Source of the DNA: an uncultured Prolixibacteraceae bacterium
GTDB taxonomy: Bacteria > Bacteroidota > Bacteroidia > Bacteroidales > FEN-979
Direction of reading: 5' to 3'
Assembly (NCBI GenBank): GCA_964455285.1
Contig: CAYVVG010000003.1
Span: 16,051-80,050, forward strand
DNA: 64,000 nucleotides
Positions within the stretch are counted from its first letter, which is position 1, and each line of letters starts with the position of its first letter. Shown here piece by piece: positions 33,122 to 41,484 of the stretch. Both the position numbers and the translations under genes were made by a program. The notes beneath the pieces were generated by a model that did no database searches, had not been told where the DNA came from, and was given only the letters and a program-made list of their open reading frames with translations.

Positions 33122-34804
33122 ATGATCATGAAACATCTTGCCATATTCATCCTTTCGTTTTTCCTCCTGACCGGTATCCGGGCCCAGGAACAGAAGCACG
33201 TAGTGTTTCTCAAGAACAAGGACAACAACCCCTATTCGCTTTCCAACCCGTCGGCTTTTCTCAGTCAGCGGGCCCTTGACAGGCGGTTGCGGTCGAATAT
33301 TTCGCTCGGCGCGATGGATCTTCCCGTGACTCCCTCGTATGTTTCGCAGATCGCCGCCACCGGGGCCACGGTCGTTTATTCCCTGAAGTGGTTCAACGCG
33401 GTGGTGGTGAACACCAGCGACCCCGTCGTGTTGGCCCAGATCGCACTGCTACCGTTTGTCGATCACATCGACCAGGTGCTCACCGATTCCCCCGCGAAAC
33501 CTGTGCCCGGCGGAATAAAGAACGGGGGAGCCATACCGCCCTACACCCTGGGCAAGGCCATGCCGGCTGCCCCGTTGAAGTCGGGGAACGTACTCAACTA
33601 CGGGCTGGCATACAACCAGGCCCACATGATCGGTGTCGACGGGCTGCATAACCTGGGACTCACCGGCCAGGGCATCGTGATCGCGGTCCTCGATGCAGGA
33701 TTCGCCAATGCCGACCAGTACCCGGCTTTCGACAGCCTGTGGATGAAGGGAAGGATCCTGGGTTCGCGCGATTTCAGCGTGCCGGGAAACAATGTCTTCG
33801 CTTCCTCCATGCATACGCACGGGACCAGCGTGTTGTCGACCATGGGCGCCAACCTCCCGGGCGAGATCGTGGGAACGGCCCCCTCGGCCAGTTACTGGCT
33901 GATCAGGACCGAGGTAGGGGAATACGAAGCGCTGATCGAGGAGTATAACTGGGCGGCCGGGGCGGAATTTGCCGACAGCCTCGGGGCCGACATCATCAAT
34001 TCATCGCTGGGGTACACCACATTCGACAATATCCTGTTTGATCACACCTATGCGAACATGGACGGCAACAGTACGCCGGTCACCCGCGCCGCCGACATTG
34101 CCGCCGGCCGGGGCATGCTCGTGGTCAACAGCGCCGGCAACGAGGGATCCACGGGATGGCATTACATCGGGGCCCCGGCCGACGGCGACAGCGTATTCAC
34201 CATCGGGGCGGTCGACAGCCAGGGCAGCATCGCCCTGTTCAGCTCCGTCGGGCCTTCCTTCGACGGCCGCATCAAGCCCGACGTCGTGGCCCAGGGACAG
34301 GAGGCGGCGGTGGTCACGGGATGGGGCGGCATTGGCCTGGGCAGCGGCACCTCCTTCTCCTCCCCCATCATGGCCGGATCTCTGGCATGCCTGTGGCAAT
34401 CGTTTCTCTCGCTGTCGGCCGACCAGGTCCGGACGGCTGTCAAAAATTCCGCATCCAAGGCCTCTTCTCCCGATAACAGCTACGGATGGGGGATCCCCGA
34501 CCTGATGGCCGCGCGGACCCTGCTCTCCACCACTGGGACGGACATGCTGCCAAAAGCTCCCTTTTCGCTGCACCCGGTTCCCTTCTCCTCCGCGCCCGTT
34601 CTCAGGGGCGGAATGCCCGCTACCGGAAATATCGATGTGGAGATCTTTGATGTGACCGGTCACAGCCTGTACACGGGCCGCGTGGCCCCGGAGAACAGCG
34701 GGGATATCGTGCTGGCCGCTTTTCGCCCGCTTCCGGCAGGGATCTATTTCGTCCGGATCAGCGGGAATAATCTCCGGCAGGTGATCCGCGCCGTAAAGAT
34801 CTGA
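33122..34804 (+). CDS. S8 family (subtilisin-like) serine peptidase with a T9SS-type C-terminal domain
   Basis: Catalytic triad contexts VIAVLDAGF (Asp), HGTSVLS (His) and GTSFSSPIMAG (Ser). Signal peptide MIMKHLAIFILSFFLLTGIRAQ. The C-terminus FSLHPVPFSS...GIYFVRISGNNLRQVIRAVKI resembles a T9SS CTD. Confidence 0.85.
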   Translation: MIMKHLAIFILSFFLLTGIRAQEQKHVVFLKNKDNNPYSLSNPSAFLSQRALDRRLRSNISLGAMDLPVTPSYVSQIAATGATVVYSLKWFNAVVVNTSDPVVLAQIALLPFVDHIDQVLTDSPAKPVPGGIKNGGAIPPYTLGKAMPAAPLKSGNVLNYGLAYNQAHMIGVDGLHNLGLTGQGIVIAVLDAGFANADQYPAFDSLWMKGRILGSRDFSVPGNNVFASSMHTHGTSVLSTMGANLPGEIVGTAPSASYWLIRTEVGEYEALIEEYNWAAGAEFADSLGADIINSSLGYTTFDNILFDHTYANMDGNSTPVTRAADIAAGRGMLVVNSAGNEGSTGWHYIGAPADGDSVFTIGAVDSQGSIALFSSVGPSFDGRIKPDVVAQGQEAAVVTGWGGIGLGSGTSFSSPIMAGSLACLWQSFLSLSADQVRTAVKNSASKASSPDNSYGWGIPDLMAARTLLSTTGTDMLPKAPFSLHPVPFSSAPVLRGGMPATGNIDVEIFDVTGHSLYTGRVAPENSGDIVLAAFRPLPAGIYFVRISGNNLRQVIRAVKI

Positions 34805-34831
34805 GAACCGGCAGGTTAACTTTTTCTCCGG

Positions 34832-36514
34832 ATGAGCCAGGCCAGGAACAGGGATAAGAAAAAAGGAGCGGCAAAACCCGCCGGCATTGCCGGCATCCTG
34901 GCACGCACCGGGCCCACCCTGGCTCTGCTGGCAGTCATTACCTTTGCGGTTTACGCCCGTTCGCTCTTCCTCGGGTACACCCGGCTCGACGATTCGATCT
35001 TCATCGTTGAAAACGAGAAATACAACGAAGATGCCGGGAACATTGTCGTTTCGTTCCAGAGGGGGCTGTTCAACCCCACCAAAGATGCTTATTACCGGCC
35101 CCTGTTCCTGGTGGATTTCATCCTGGAATCGCGGCTGTTCGGGGTGGAACCGGCCGGGTATCACCTCACCAACCTGCTCTTTCACATCCTTTCGGTCATC
35201 CTGCTGTACCTTTTTCTCCGGCGGTTGAAGATCCCCCCGGAAGACTCCTTTTTCCTCTCCCTGCTTTTTGCCGTCCACCCGGTGCTGACCCAGGCGGTGG
35301 CCTGGATCCCCGGGCGGAACGACATGCTGCTGATGATCTTCTTTTTCGCGTCGTTCATCGCGTTGTTCCGGTATCTCGACCGGCCCTCGCCGGTTCCCTT
35401 CCTGCTCCAGTTCCTTTTACTGCTGGCAGCCCTCTTCACCAAGGAGACCGCCCTGATCATCCCGGTGATCATGGGAGGCTTGCTGCTCTTTTATCTGAAA
35501 ACCGGGTGGAAGAAAATGATTCTCCCGGCCGGGTCGTGGGTGGCAGCCCTTGCGATCTTCCTGTTCGTGCGTTCCAAAGCCACCCTCACCAACAGCTGGA
35601 TATCGCCCCCCGACATGCTTCGCGACGGCCTCGAGCGGCTGGGAGTGATCGTGCAGTACCTCGGCAAGATCTTCCTGCCGGTGAACCTCACCGTCTTTCC
35701 CGAGGCCCGGGAGATCACCCTGGTGTGGGGTTGGATCGCCGTTGCCGGACTGGCCGCCCTGGTCTTTTTCTCGAAAAGCCACACCCGCCCGCTCACCTGG
35801 ATCGGCCTGGGGTGGTTCCTGGTCTTCCTCATCCCGGTGCTGGTGGTTCCGAAATCGCTGAACGACCAGGTCTTCGAACACCGCCTCTACATTCCGGTCA
35901 TCGGCATCCTGCTCATGCTGAGCCAGGCGATCCCCTTCGGCAATACCCTGAAGCCGGAACTCCGCCGGGCGATCCTGTTCGGGATCGCGGCGGTTTTTTC
36001 CATTCAGAGCCTGGTACGCACCGGGTATTTCAATGATCCCATCACCTTCTGGACGCATGCGGCCGAAGGCTCTCCCGGGTCGGCCTATGCCCGGATGCTG
36101 CTGGCCACCAAGCACACCGATCCGGCGGAGATGGAGCGGATCTTCCGAGAAGCCCGCGCCCTGGATCCGCAACTGAAGAACCTCAATTATTACCTGGGGA
36201 AGGTATTGTACGACCGCGATCAGCACGATTCCTCGGCCCGCTACCTACGGTTAGAAGTGGACCGCTATCCCAATCCCGACGCTTATTTCCTCCTCGCCAA
36301 GATCGCCTTTGTAAGAAACGAATTCGACAGTGCCGCCGTGCTGCTCGAAAAAGTGGTCGAACTCAATCCTTACGATCCGCAGGCCAACCACAACCTGGTG
36401 CTGATTTACTGGCAGCACGGACAGCCGGAGAGGTCGAAACAGGTGCTCCGCGGTATGCAGGAGCGGGGCATGGAGGTGGGCGATGACCTGCTGAGGATGG
36501 TCGGCGAAAAATAA
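34832..36514 (+). CDS. Polytopic membrane protein with C-terminal TPR repeats (TMTC/GT39-like putative glycosyltransferase)
   Basis: 560 aa. Roughly 10 hydrophobic segments. The N-terminal YTRLDDSIFIVENEKY resembles the DxD-type loop of PMT/TMTC-like GT-C enzymes. The C-terminal ~170 aa has TPR-like A/L/Y periodicity. Confidence 0.5.
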   Translation: MSQARNRDKKKGAAKPAGIAGILARTGPTLALLAVITFAVYARSLFLGYTRLDDSIFIVENEKYNEDAGNIVVSFQRGLFNPTKDAYYRPLFLVDFILESRLFGVEPAGYHLTNLLFHILSVILLYLFLRRLKIPPEDSFFLSLLFAVHPVLTQAVAWIPGRNDMLLMIFFFASFIALFRYLDRPSPVPFLLQFLLLLAALFTKETALIIPVIMGGLLLFYLKTGWKKMILPAGSWVAALAIFLFVRSKATLTNSWISPPDMLRDGLERLGVIVQYLGKIFLPVNLTVFPEAREITLVWGWIAVAGLAALVFFSKSHTRPLTWIGLGWFLVFLIPVLVVPKSLNDQVFEHRLYIPVIGILLMLSQAIPFGNTLKPELRRAILFGIAAVFSIQSLVRTGYFNDPITFWTHAAEGSPGSAYARMLLATKHTDPAEMERIFREARALDPQLKNLNYYLGKVLYDRDQHDSSARYLRLEVDRYPNPDAYFLLAKIAFVRNEFDSAAVLLEKVVELNPYDPQANHNLVLIYWQHGQPERSKQVLRGMQERGMEVGDDLLRMVGEK

Positions 36515-36516
36515 TC

Positions 36517-37791
36517 CTACCGGGTTTTACGGTTGCTGAGGAGGTCTTCGACAATATCCTCGACCACGATGATCCCCTCCATCTGCCTGTTTTTATTGAT
36601 CACAGGAACGGCGAGGAGGTTGTACTTCGCCACCAGTTCGGCGAGGGTGTCGGCTTTATCGTCGTCGAATACCGAAACCGCATGTTTATCCATGATATCC
36701 TTCAGGAGAAGTGCGGGATCGGCGACCACCAGCCGTCCCAGCGGCACGGCCGAAAGGAATCGGTTGTTCTTGTCGGTCACGATGATCGAATAGATGTGCG
36801 AGGGTTCGGGGCGGAGGCGTCGCAGCTCGGCCAGGGTCTCCGCCACCGTGAGATCTTCGCTGAAGCTGTAATAGTCGGTGGTCATCAGCGACCCCACGTA
36901 TTTGTCGGGATATTCGAGCAGCTCCCGCACCTCCTCCGACGATTCTTTTTCCATCTCGTCGAGCAGCTTGGCGGCTTTGTCTTCGGCCAGCACATCGAGC
37001 AGGTCGGCGGCCTCGTCGGCGGGCATCTTTTCGAGCAGGTCGGCCACCTTCTCGACCGGCAGGCTCTCAACAAGGTCGATCTGGGCGTGGGGCTCCATCT
37101 CTTCCAGTACGTCGGCGGCCTGTTCTTCGTCGAGCGAGGCAAAGATATAGGCGCGCGAAGTTTTGTCGAGATCTTCGATGATGTCGGCCAGGTCGGAGGG
37201 ATGGAGGGTGTTCAGGCGGGAGAACGATTTGGAGAGCTGGATGCTGGCATGCGAATAATCGACCGCCGCGATATCGTCCCACAGGATGAACTTTCCCGGC
37301 AATGAGGCTTTGAAAGGATCCAGCAAAGTTTGCAGGGGCTTGTCGAGCCCGTACCGGCGAAGCAGTCCCTCCGGGCCCACATCCACCGCCAGGGCGTAAG
37401 TGCCCGCCGGGATGATCACCATCCGGATGTCGTTGACCCGCACCAGCTTTCTTCCGCTGATGTCAACGATCTGCTTGTCCAGGATATTCCCGGCCAGCCA
37501 GAGCGGGCTGGTGAACAGATCGGGGGATATGTCGTGGACCTCCAGGCAGGTGATCCGCAGTTTCCTTTTGAATTTCTTGATCTCGAAGGAGGTGAAATCG
37601 AGGACCCGGGTCTCCTTCTCTTTTTTCACCCGGATGGCGACCACCCGGGGACGCAGCGGTTCATTTTCACGGCCTGCCAGCGGAGCCTGTTCCACCAAAA
37701 AATCGACGATCTTTCCCAGCACGCTGCCGCCATCGGAAATGTAGTTCTTTCCAAGGATCTGACTCAGGTAGAAGGTGATCTGGGATGTCAT
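36517..37791 (-). CDS. MgtE_N plus CBS-pair protein lacking the MgtE membrane channel domain
   Basis: I chose the start at ATG 37791. The acidic helical repeats LEKMPADEAADLLDVLAEDKAAKLLDEME match the MgtE N-domain. CBS-like segments follow. The ORF ends (VVEDIVEDLLSNRKTR) with no hydrophobic segment. Confidence 0.65.
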   Translation of the reverse strand: MTSQITFYLSQILGKNYISDGGSVLGKIVDFLVEQAPLAGRENEPLRPRVVAIRVKKEKETRVLDFTSFEIKKFKRKLRITCLEVHDISPDLFTSPLWLAGNILDKQIVDISGRKLVRVNDIRMVIIPAGTYALAVDVGPEGLLRRYGLDKPLQTLLDPFKASLPGKFILWDDIAAVDYSHASIQLSKSFSRLNTLHPSDLADIIEDLDKTSRAYIFASLDEEQAADVLEEMEPHAQIDLVESLPVEKVADLLEKMPADEAADLLDVLAEDKAAKLLDEMEKESSEEVRELLEYPDKYVGSLMTTDYYSFSEDLTVAETLAELRRLRPEPSHIYSIIVTDKNNRFLSAVPLGRLVVADPALLLKDIMDKHAVSVFDDDKADTLAELVAKYNLLAVPVINKNRQMEGIIVVEDIVEDLLSNRKTR

Positions 37792-37815
37792 GTACGACCC
37801 TGTTGCCGTCCATTG

Positions 37816-37823
37816 CAAAGATA
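37816..37823 (-). promoter_or_regulatory. Candidate -7 box (minus strand TATCTTTG) for the MgtE_N/CBS gene
   Basis: The plus strand reads CAAAGATA, 25 nt upstream of the start at 37791. Confidence 0.35.
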
Positions 37824-37834
37824 ACAAACTTCAT

Positions 37835-37842
37835 TACTTTTG
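37835..37842 (+). promoter_or_regulatory. Candidate -7 box (TACTTTTG) for the SDR gene
   Basis: TACTTTTG lies 23 nt upstream of the ATG at 37866 and sits back-to-back with the minus-strand box at 37816. Confidence 0.35.
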
Positions 37843-37865
37843 CTGAAAATTAAAACGTTCCCGCG

Positions 37866-38816
37866 ATGACAGAAAAAATTCTCGTGATTGGCTGCTCCGG
37901 GCAGATCGGCTCGGAACTCACCCTCGAACTACGCAAAATTTACGGCGAATCGAACGTGATCGCCACCGATATCCGCCCGGCCCCGGCCGATGTGGCGGGC
38001 TCCGGCCCCTTTGAGATCCTCGACGTGCTGGATGCCGCCAAGCTCCAGCTGATCCTGGAACATGAAAAGATCACCCAGATCTACCACCTGGCCGCCATCC
38101 TCTCGGGCAACGCCGAAAAACGGCCGCTCGCCTCGTGGGACATCAACATGCGCAGCCTGATCAATGTGCTGGAACTGGCCAGGGAACTGAAGATCCGGAA
38201 ACTCTTCTGGCCCTCCTCCATCGCGGTCTTCGGCCCCTCCACCCCCCGCATGGACACCCCGCAGTTCACGATCATGGAACCCAACACGGTGTACGGCATC
38301 AGCAAACTGGCCGGCGAACGTTGGATCGAGTACTATTTCAACAAGTACGGTGTCGATACGCGCAGCCTCCGGTACCCCGGGCTCATCAGCTACAAGACCG
38401 AAGCCGGCGGGGGCACCACCGATTATGCGGTGGAGATCTTCTACGAGGCGATCCGGCACGGGAAATACGAGTGCTTCCTCGGTCCCCAGTCGGCCCTGCC
38501 CATGATGTTCATGCCCGACGCGATCAAAGCCACCATCGACTTAATGGAGGCCGATGCGTCGAAACTCTCGCTCCGCTCCAGCTATAACGTGGCCGGTATC
38601 TGCTTCACCCCTGCCGAACTGGCCGACGAGATCAAAAAGCATATTCCCGGATTCGGGATCACCTACAAGCCCGATTTCCGGCAGGCGATCGCCGATTCCT
38701 GGCCGGCCTGCATCAACGATTCAGTGGCCCGGAAAGACTGGGGACTGCAGTACGAGTATGACCTCGCAAGGATGACCGAAGTGATGCTCCGGGAGGTCTC
38801 CCGGAAACTCGCCTGA
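37866..38816 (+). CDS. NAD-dependent epimerase/dehydratase family protein, SDR-type L-threonine 3-dehydrogenase-like
   Basis: 316 aa. Rossmann motif ILVIGCSGQIGSEL, catalytic YGISK, and GGGTTDYAVEIF, which I associate with SDR-type threonine dehydrogenases. Confidence 0.65.
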   Translation: MTEKILVIGCSGQIGSELTLELRKIYGESNVIATDIRPAPADVAGSGPFEILDVLDAAKLQLILEHEKITQIYHLAAILSGNAEKRPLASWDINMRSLINVLELARELKIRKLFWPSSIAVFGPSTPRMDTPQFTIMEPNTVYGISKLAGERWIEYYFNKYGVDTRSLRYPGLISYKTEAGGGTTDYAVEIFYEAIRHGKYECFLGPQSALPMMFMPDAIKATIDLMEADASKLSLRSSYNVAGICFTPAELADEIKKHIPGFGITYKPDFRQAIADSWPACINDSVARKDWGLQYEYDLARMTEVMLREVSRKLA

Positions 38817-38822
38817 CAGGCT

Positions 38823-40109
38823 CTATTTCTTCCCTTCCCCGGGGACTTCTTTCTGCCCTTCTTTTTTCCCCTCCTTGTCCGGAGCCCGGGTAAGGCAATA
38901 CACGGTTCCGTCGTAACCGGCCACCACCAGGTGGTCAGCCCCGATGGCCGGGGTCGAAAAGATCCCGCCCAGCTCCCGGTACATCGTAAGCATATCGAGC
39001 GGGGTCTTGATCAGTTTGCTGATGTCGTCGCGGAACTTGTCGTTGCGCTTGAGCCACTTGTCATGGTTGGCTCTGCACGCGTCGAGTTCGACGGTCCACA
39101 GGATCGTGCCCGTGGTCAGGTCGACGCCGCTTACCTTTCCCGCCAGAGTGGCAAAATATCCTATCTGTTTCGCAATGGCGACTCCCCCGTACATGGTGAA
39201 ATTGGACGGAGCTTTCCAGACGTCCTGGCCGGTGCGCAGGTCGATGCAATACAGGAGCCGGTCTTCGGAGGTCCCCACGTAGAGCACCGAATCATTGAAA
39301 GTGACCGGCAGGGCCCATCCGGAGGGGAACGACCTCATCCAGTTGCAGTAACCGCCCCTGACGTCGATCGCGTAGAGGTTATTGTCGCGGGCCCCGGCGA
39401 TGACCATTCCGGCGGCGGCGACCGGGTTACCCGTTACTTCGCCTTTCGGATAGGTGTACCGGCCTGTCGTCTTGAACTTCCATACCGGCTGCCCGGTTGC
39501 GAGGTTGACCGCCCAGAGGTTTCCGTCGAATGAACCCGCGTAAACTTTGCCCTGGCTGATGACCGGCGTGGTATGCACCAGGTCGCCCGTCGGGCAGGTC
39601 CAGCGAAGGAAGCCGTTGCTGAGATCCAGGGCATAGATCGATTCCCCCGAACCGAAATAGAGGGTCGAATCCATCAATACCGGGGTGGAGGAGAAATAAT
39701 CGGCGTAGTCGTGCTGCCGGTCTCCCATGAAACCGTTCAGGGTCTGGAAGAAACCATCGATCCTTCCCGAATCCTTTTGTACCCGGTACAGGAATCCGTC
39801 GGTGCCGAGAAGAAAGAGCCGGTTTTGGTTGACACATACCGACGACCGGATCGCCCCCGAGGTGGCCAGTTTCCATTTCATCCTGCCCGTAACCAGGTCG
39901 ATGGCATAGAGACAGCTGTCGGTGGACCCGACATACACAGTACCGTTGTCAATCACCGGGGCGCCGACGATGGGTCCGTTCGCCTTGAATTTCCACAGGA
40001 CAACCGGTTTGTCGGTAAGATCAGCGGGTTCGACAACGGGGTTCTCAAAAAACTGACCATATGCAGCGGAGAAAAGCAATGTAAGAACGAATGAAAGCCG
40101 GATCTTCAT
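38823..40109 (-). CDS. PQQ-like (BamB-like) beta-propeller repeat protein, secreted
   Basis: I chose the start at ATG 40109 (MKIRLSFVLTLLFSAAYGQ). Repeats of the type TVYVGSTDSCLYAIDLVTGRMKW, KVYAGSFDGNLWAVNLATGQPVW and VLYVGTSEDRLLYCIDLRTGQDVW. Confidence 0.65.
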   Translation of the reverse strand: MKIRLSFVLTLLFSAAYGQFFENPVVEPADLTDKPVVLWKFKANGPIVGAPVIDNGTVYVGSTDSCLYAIDLVTGRMKWKLATSGAIRSSVCVNQNRLFLLGTDGFLYRVQKDSGRIDGFFQTLNGFMGDRQHDYADYFSSTPVLMDSTLYFGSGESIYALDLSNGFLRWTCPTGDLVHTTPVISQGKVYAGSFDGNLWAVNLATGQPVWKFKTTGRYTYPKGEVTGNPVAAAGMVIAGARDNNLYAIDVRGGYCNWMRSFPSGWALPVTFNDSVLYVGTSEDRLLYCIDLRTGQDVWKAPSNFTMYGGVAIAKQIGYFATLAGKVSGVDLTTGTILWTVELDACRANHDKWLKRNDKFRDDISKLIKTPLDMLTMYRELGGIFSTPAIGADHLVVAGYDGTVYCLTRAPDKEGKKEGQKEVPGEGKK

Positions 40110-40126
40110 ACGATGGATTTTTAGGG

Positions 40127-40134
40127 CAAAGATA
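40127..40134 (-). promoter_or_regulatory. Candidate -7 box (minus strand TATCTTTG) for the propeller gene
   Basis: The plus strand reads CAAAGATA, 18 nt upstream of the start at 40109. Confidence 0.35.
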
Positions 40135-40290
40135 GCAAACGCTGACAAGTGATCAAACGGACAGTTCCCCTTGTGAATACTCGAACAATCGATCAACGAT
40201 CTATGATTTCAGAATGACCTTACTTCGCCGATCAAAAATCGTTAATCGATCAATGAGTCCCCTCCGAAAAGTCAATCTACCCACCCCTAG

Positions 40291-40314
40291 CCCCTCCCTA
40301 CCAGTAGGGAGGGG
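40291..40314. repeat. REP-like hairpin CCCCTCCCTA-CCAG-TAGGGAGGGG
   Basis: Perfect 10-bp stem. A near-identical copy (one T for C) lies at 48890-48915. Confidence 0.85.
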
Positions 40315-40371
40315 AATAACCGATACGACCATATTAAAGATTATCAATACTTTATGCAGCACCTTGTAACA

Positions 40372-40393
40372 CCCCTCCCTTGCAAAGGGAGGG
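40372..40393. repeat. REP-like hairpin CCCCTCCC-TTGCAA-GGGAGGGG, 7 nt downstream of the YidC-like stop
   Basis: Perfect 8-bp stem from the same CCCCTCCC/GGGAGGGG family. No U-tract on either strand. Confidence 0.8.
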
Positions 40394-40399
40394 GCGGGG

Positions 40400-41155
40400 T
40401 CAGGGTTTACGGGGGGATGCGGTGAGGCGGTACTGCACGATGTGAAAGATATTGGCGAAGGTCCAGTAGAGCACCAGCCCCGCCGGGAAAGAATAGAACA
40501 GCACAAAGAACATCACGGTCATGGCCAGCAGGAAGAGATCCTGCCATCTTTGCTCCTTCTTCTCGGCCGAGGGGGCCGGCGCCAGTTTGAATGACAGTAG
40601 GGTGAAGACCGACATCAGCACCGGCAGCAGGTTGAAATACTCTCCCAGCAGGGGAATGGAAAAGCCAAAGGAGAAGAGCTGGTCGGGAAGGGCCAGCGAG
40701 TCGATCCAGAGAAAGCCGGCGTTTTTCAGCTCTGCGGCCGACCCCAGCACCTGGAACAGGGCGATCAGGATGGGCAGCTGGATCAGCACGATCAGCAGGG
40801 GTTTCAGCCCGGCAAAGGGGCTCACCCCGTGATCCTTGTACAATTGCAGGATCCGCTCGCTCTGTTCCCCCCCTTTCCAGGTCTTTTTGATCTCCGCCAG
40901 TTCGGAGGCCATGGCCTTCTGCGCTTCCAGGAAACGGACCTGGCTCTTCATCGCCTTGCGGGAAAAAGGAAAGAGCAGGATGCGGATCACAAGCGCCAGG
41001 AGAATGATGGCAACGCCCCAATCGGGGATCAGCGCGTGCAACCCCTTCAGGAGGTACTGCAGGCCCACGCTGAGCCACTCCATCCAGATCCAGATGCCCG
41101 AGAACAACAGCAGGCCGGGGGCGGTGATCCCGGCATGGAAGAACGACACGATCAT
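40400..41155 (-). CDS. Short YidC/Oxa1-family membrane insertase paralogue (no large periplasmic domain)
   Basis: 251 aa. WGVAIILLALVIRILLFPFSRKAMKSQ, LYKDHGVSPFAGLKPLLIVLIQLPILIALF, FLWIDSLALPD and PAGLVLYWTFANIFHIVQ follow the conserved YidC core motifs. Confidence 0.8.
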   Translation of the reverse strand: MIVSFFHAGITAPGLLLFSGIWIWMEWLSVGLQYLLKGLHALIPDWGVAIILLALVIRILLFPFSRKAMKSQVRFLEAQKAMASELAEIKKTWKGGEQSERILQLYKDHGVSPFAGLKPLLIVLIQLPILIALFQVLGSAAELKNAGFLWIDSLALPDQLFSFGFSIPLLGEYFNLLPVLMSVFTLLSFKLAPAPSAEKKEQRWQDLFLLAMTVMFFVLFYSFPAGLVLYWTFANIFHIVQYRLTASPRKP

Positions 41156-41367
41156 GCCGAGGGCTTTTGCGGCGGGTCGGCCTTCCCGGGAGATCCGGTC
41201 TCAACCTTTTTCCGTAATCCAAGAAAACGGAGGATCTTGTGCCAGAAGAGCTTGACGGCGATGGCCGCGCCCACCACGCTGGCCACGATGGCCTGCAGGA
41301 TGATGCTGCCTGTTCCCGGATCGATGTAAGCCAGGATCTGTAACGGAATGTTCAATAATGCACTCAT
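41152..41367 (-). CDS. 71-aa single-pass membrane ORF, ATGA-overlapped with the YidC-like gene
   Basis: MSALLNIPLQILAYIDPGTGSIILQAIVASVVGAAIAVKLFWHKILRFLGLRKKVETGSPGKADPPQKPSA has a hydrophobic core followed by a basic, Pro-rich tail. Its TGA stop (41154-41152) overlaps the ATG of the next gene (41155-41153). Confidence 0.55.
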   Translation of the reverse strand: MSALLNIPLQILAYIDPGTGSIILQAIVASVVGAAIAVKLFWHKILRFLGLRKKVETGSPGKADPPQKPSA

Positions 41368-41484
41368 TATATCGGTTTTTAGATTTTCATAGTGTGGTCG
41401 ATTGTTATTGACCCGGTAAATTTATCAATCGATCTTCAATGATGGCGTAATACTTTCTTATATAGTTTGCAAGAGCCCTTCAGA

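Noticed and set aside
40201-40506. A 101-aa minus-strand ORF (…PLPTGREGLGVG…) and the 25288-25554 plus-strand ORF
   Set aside because: Both are read-throughs of the GC-rich hairpin repeats and of antisense gene ends. Their sequences are generated by the CCCCTCCC/GGGAGGGG elements rather than by coding constraint.
40407-41222. A 271-aa minus-strand ORF overlapping the YidC-like gene in another frame
   Set aside because: Its translation is Pro/Arg/Gly-rich, whereas the alternative frame gives a textbook YidC core with hydrophobic helices.
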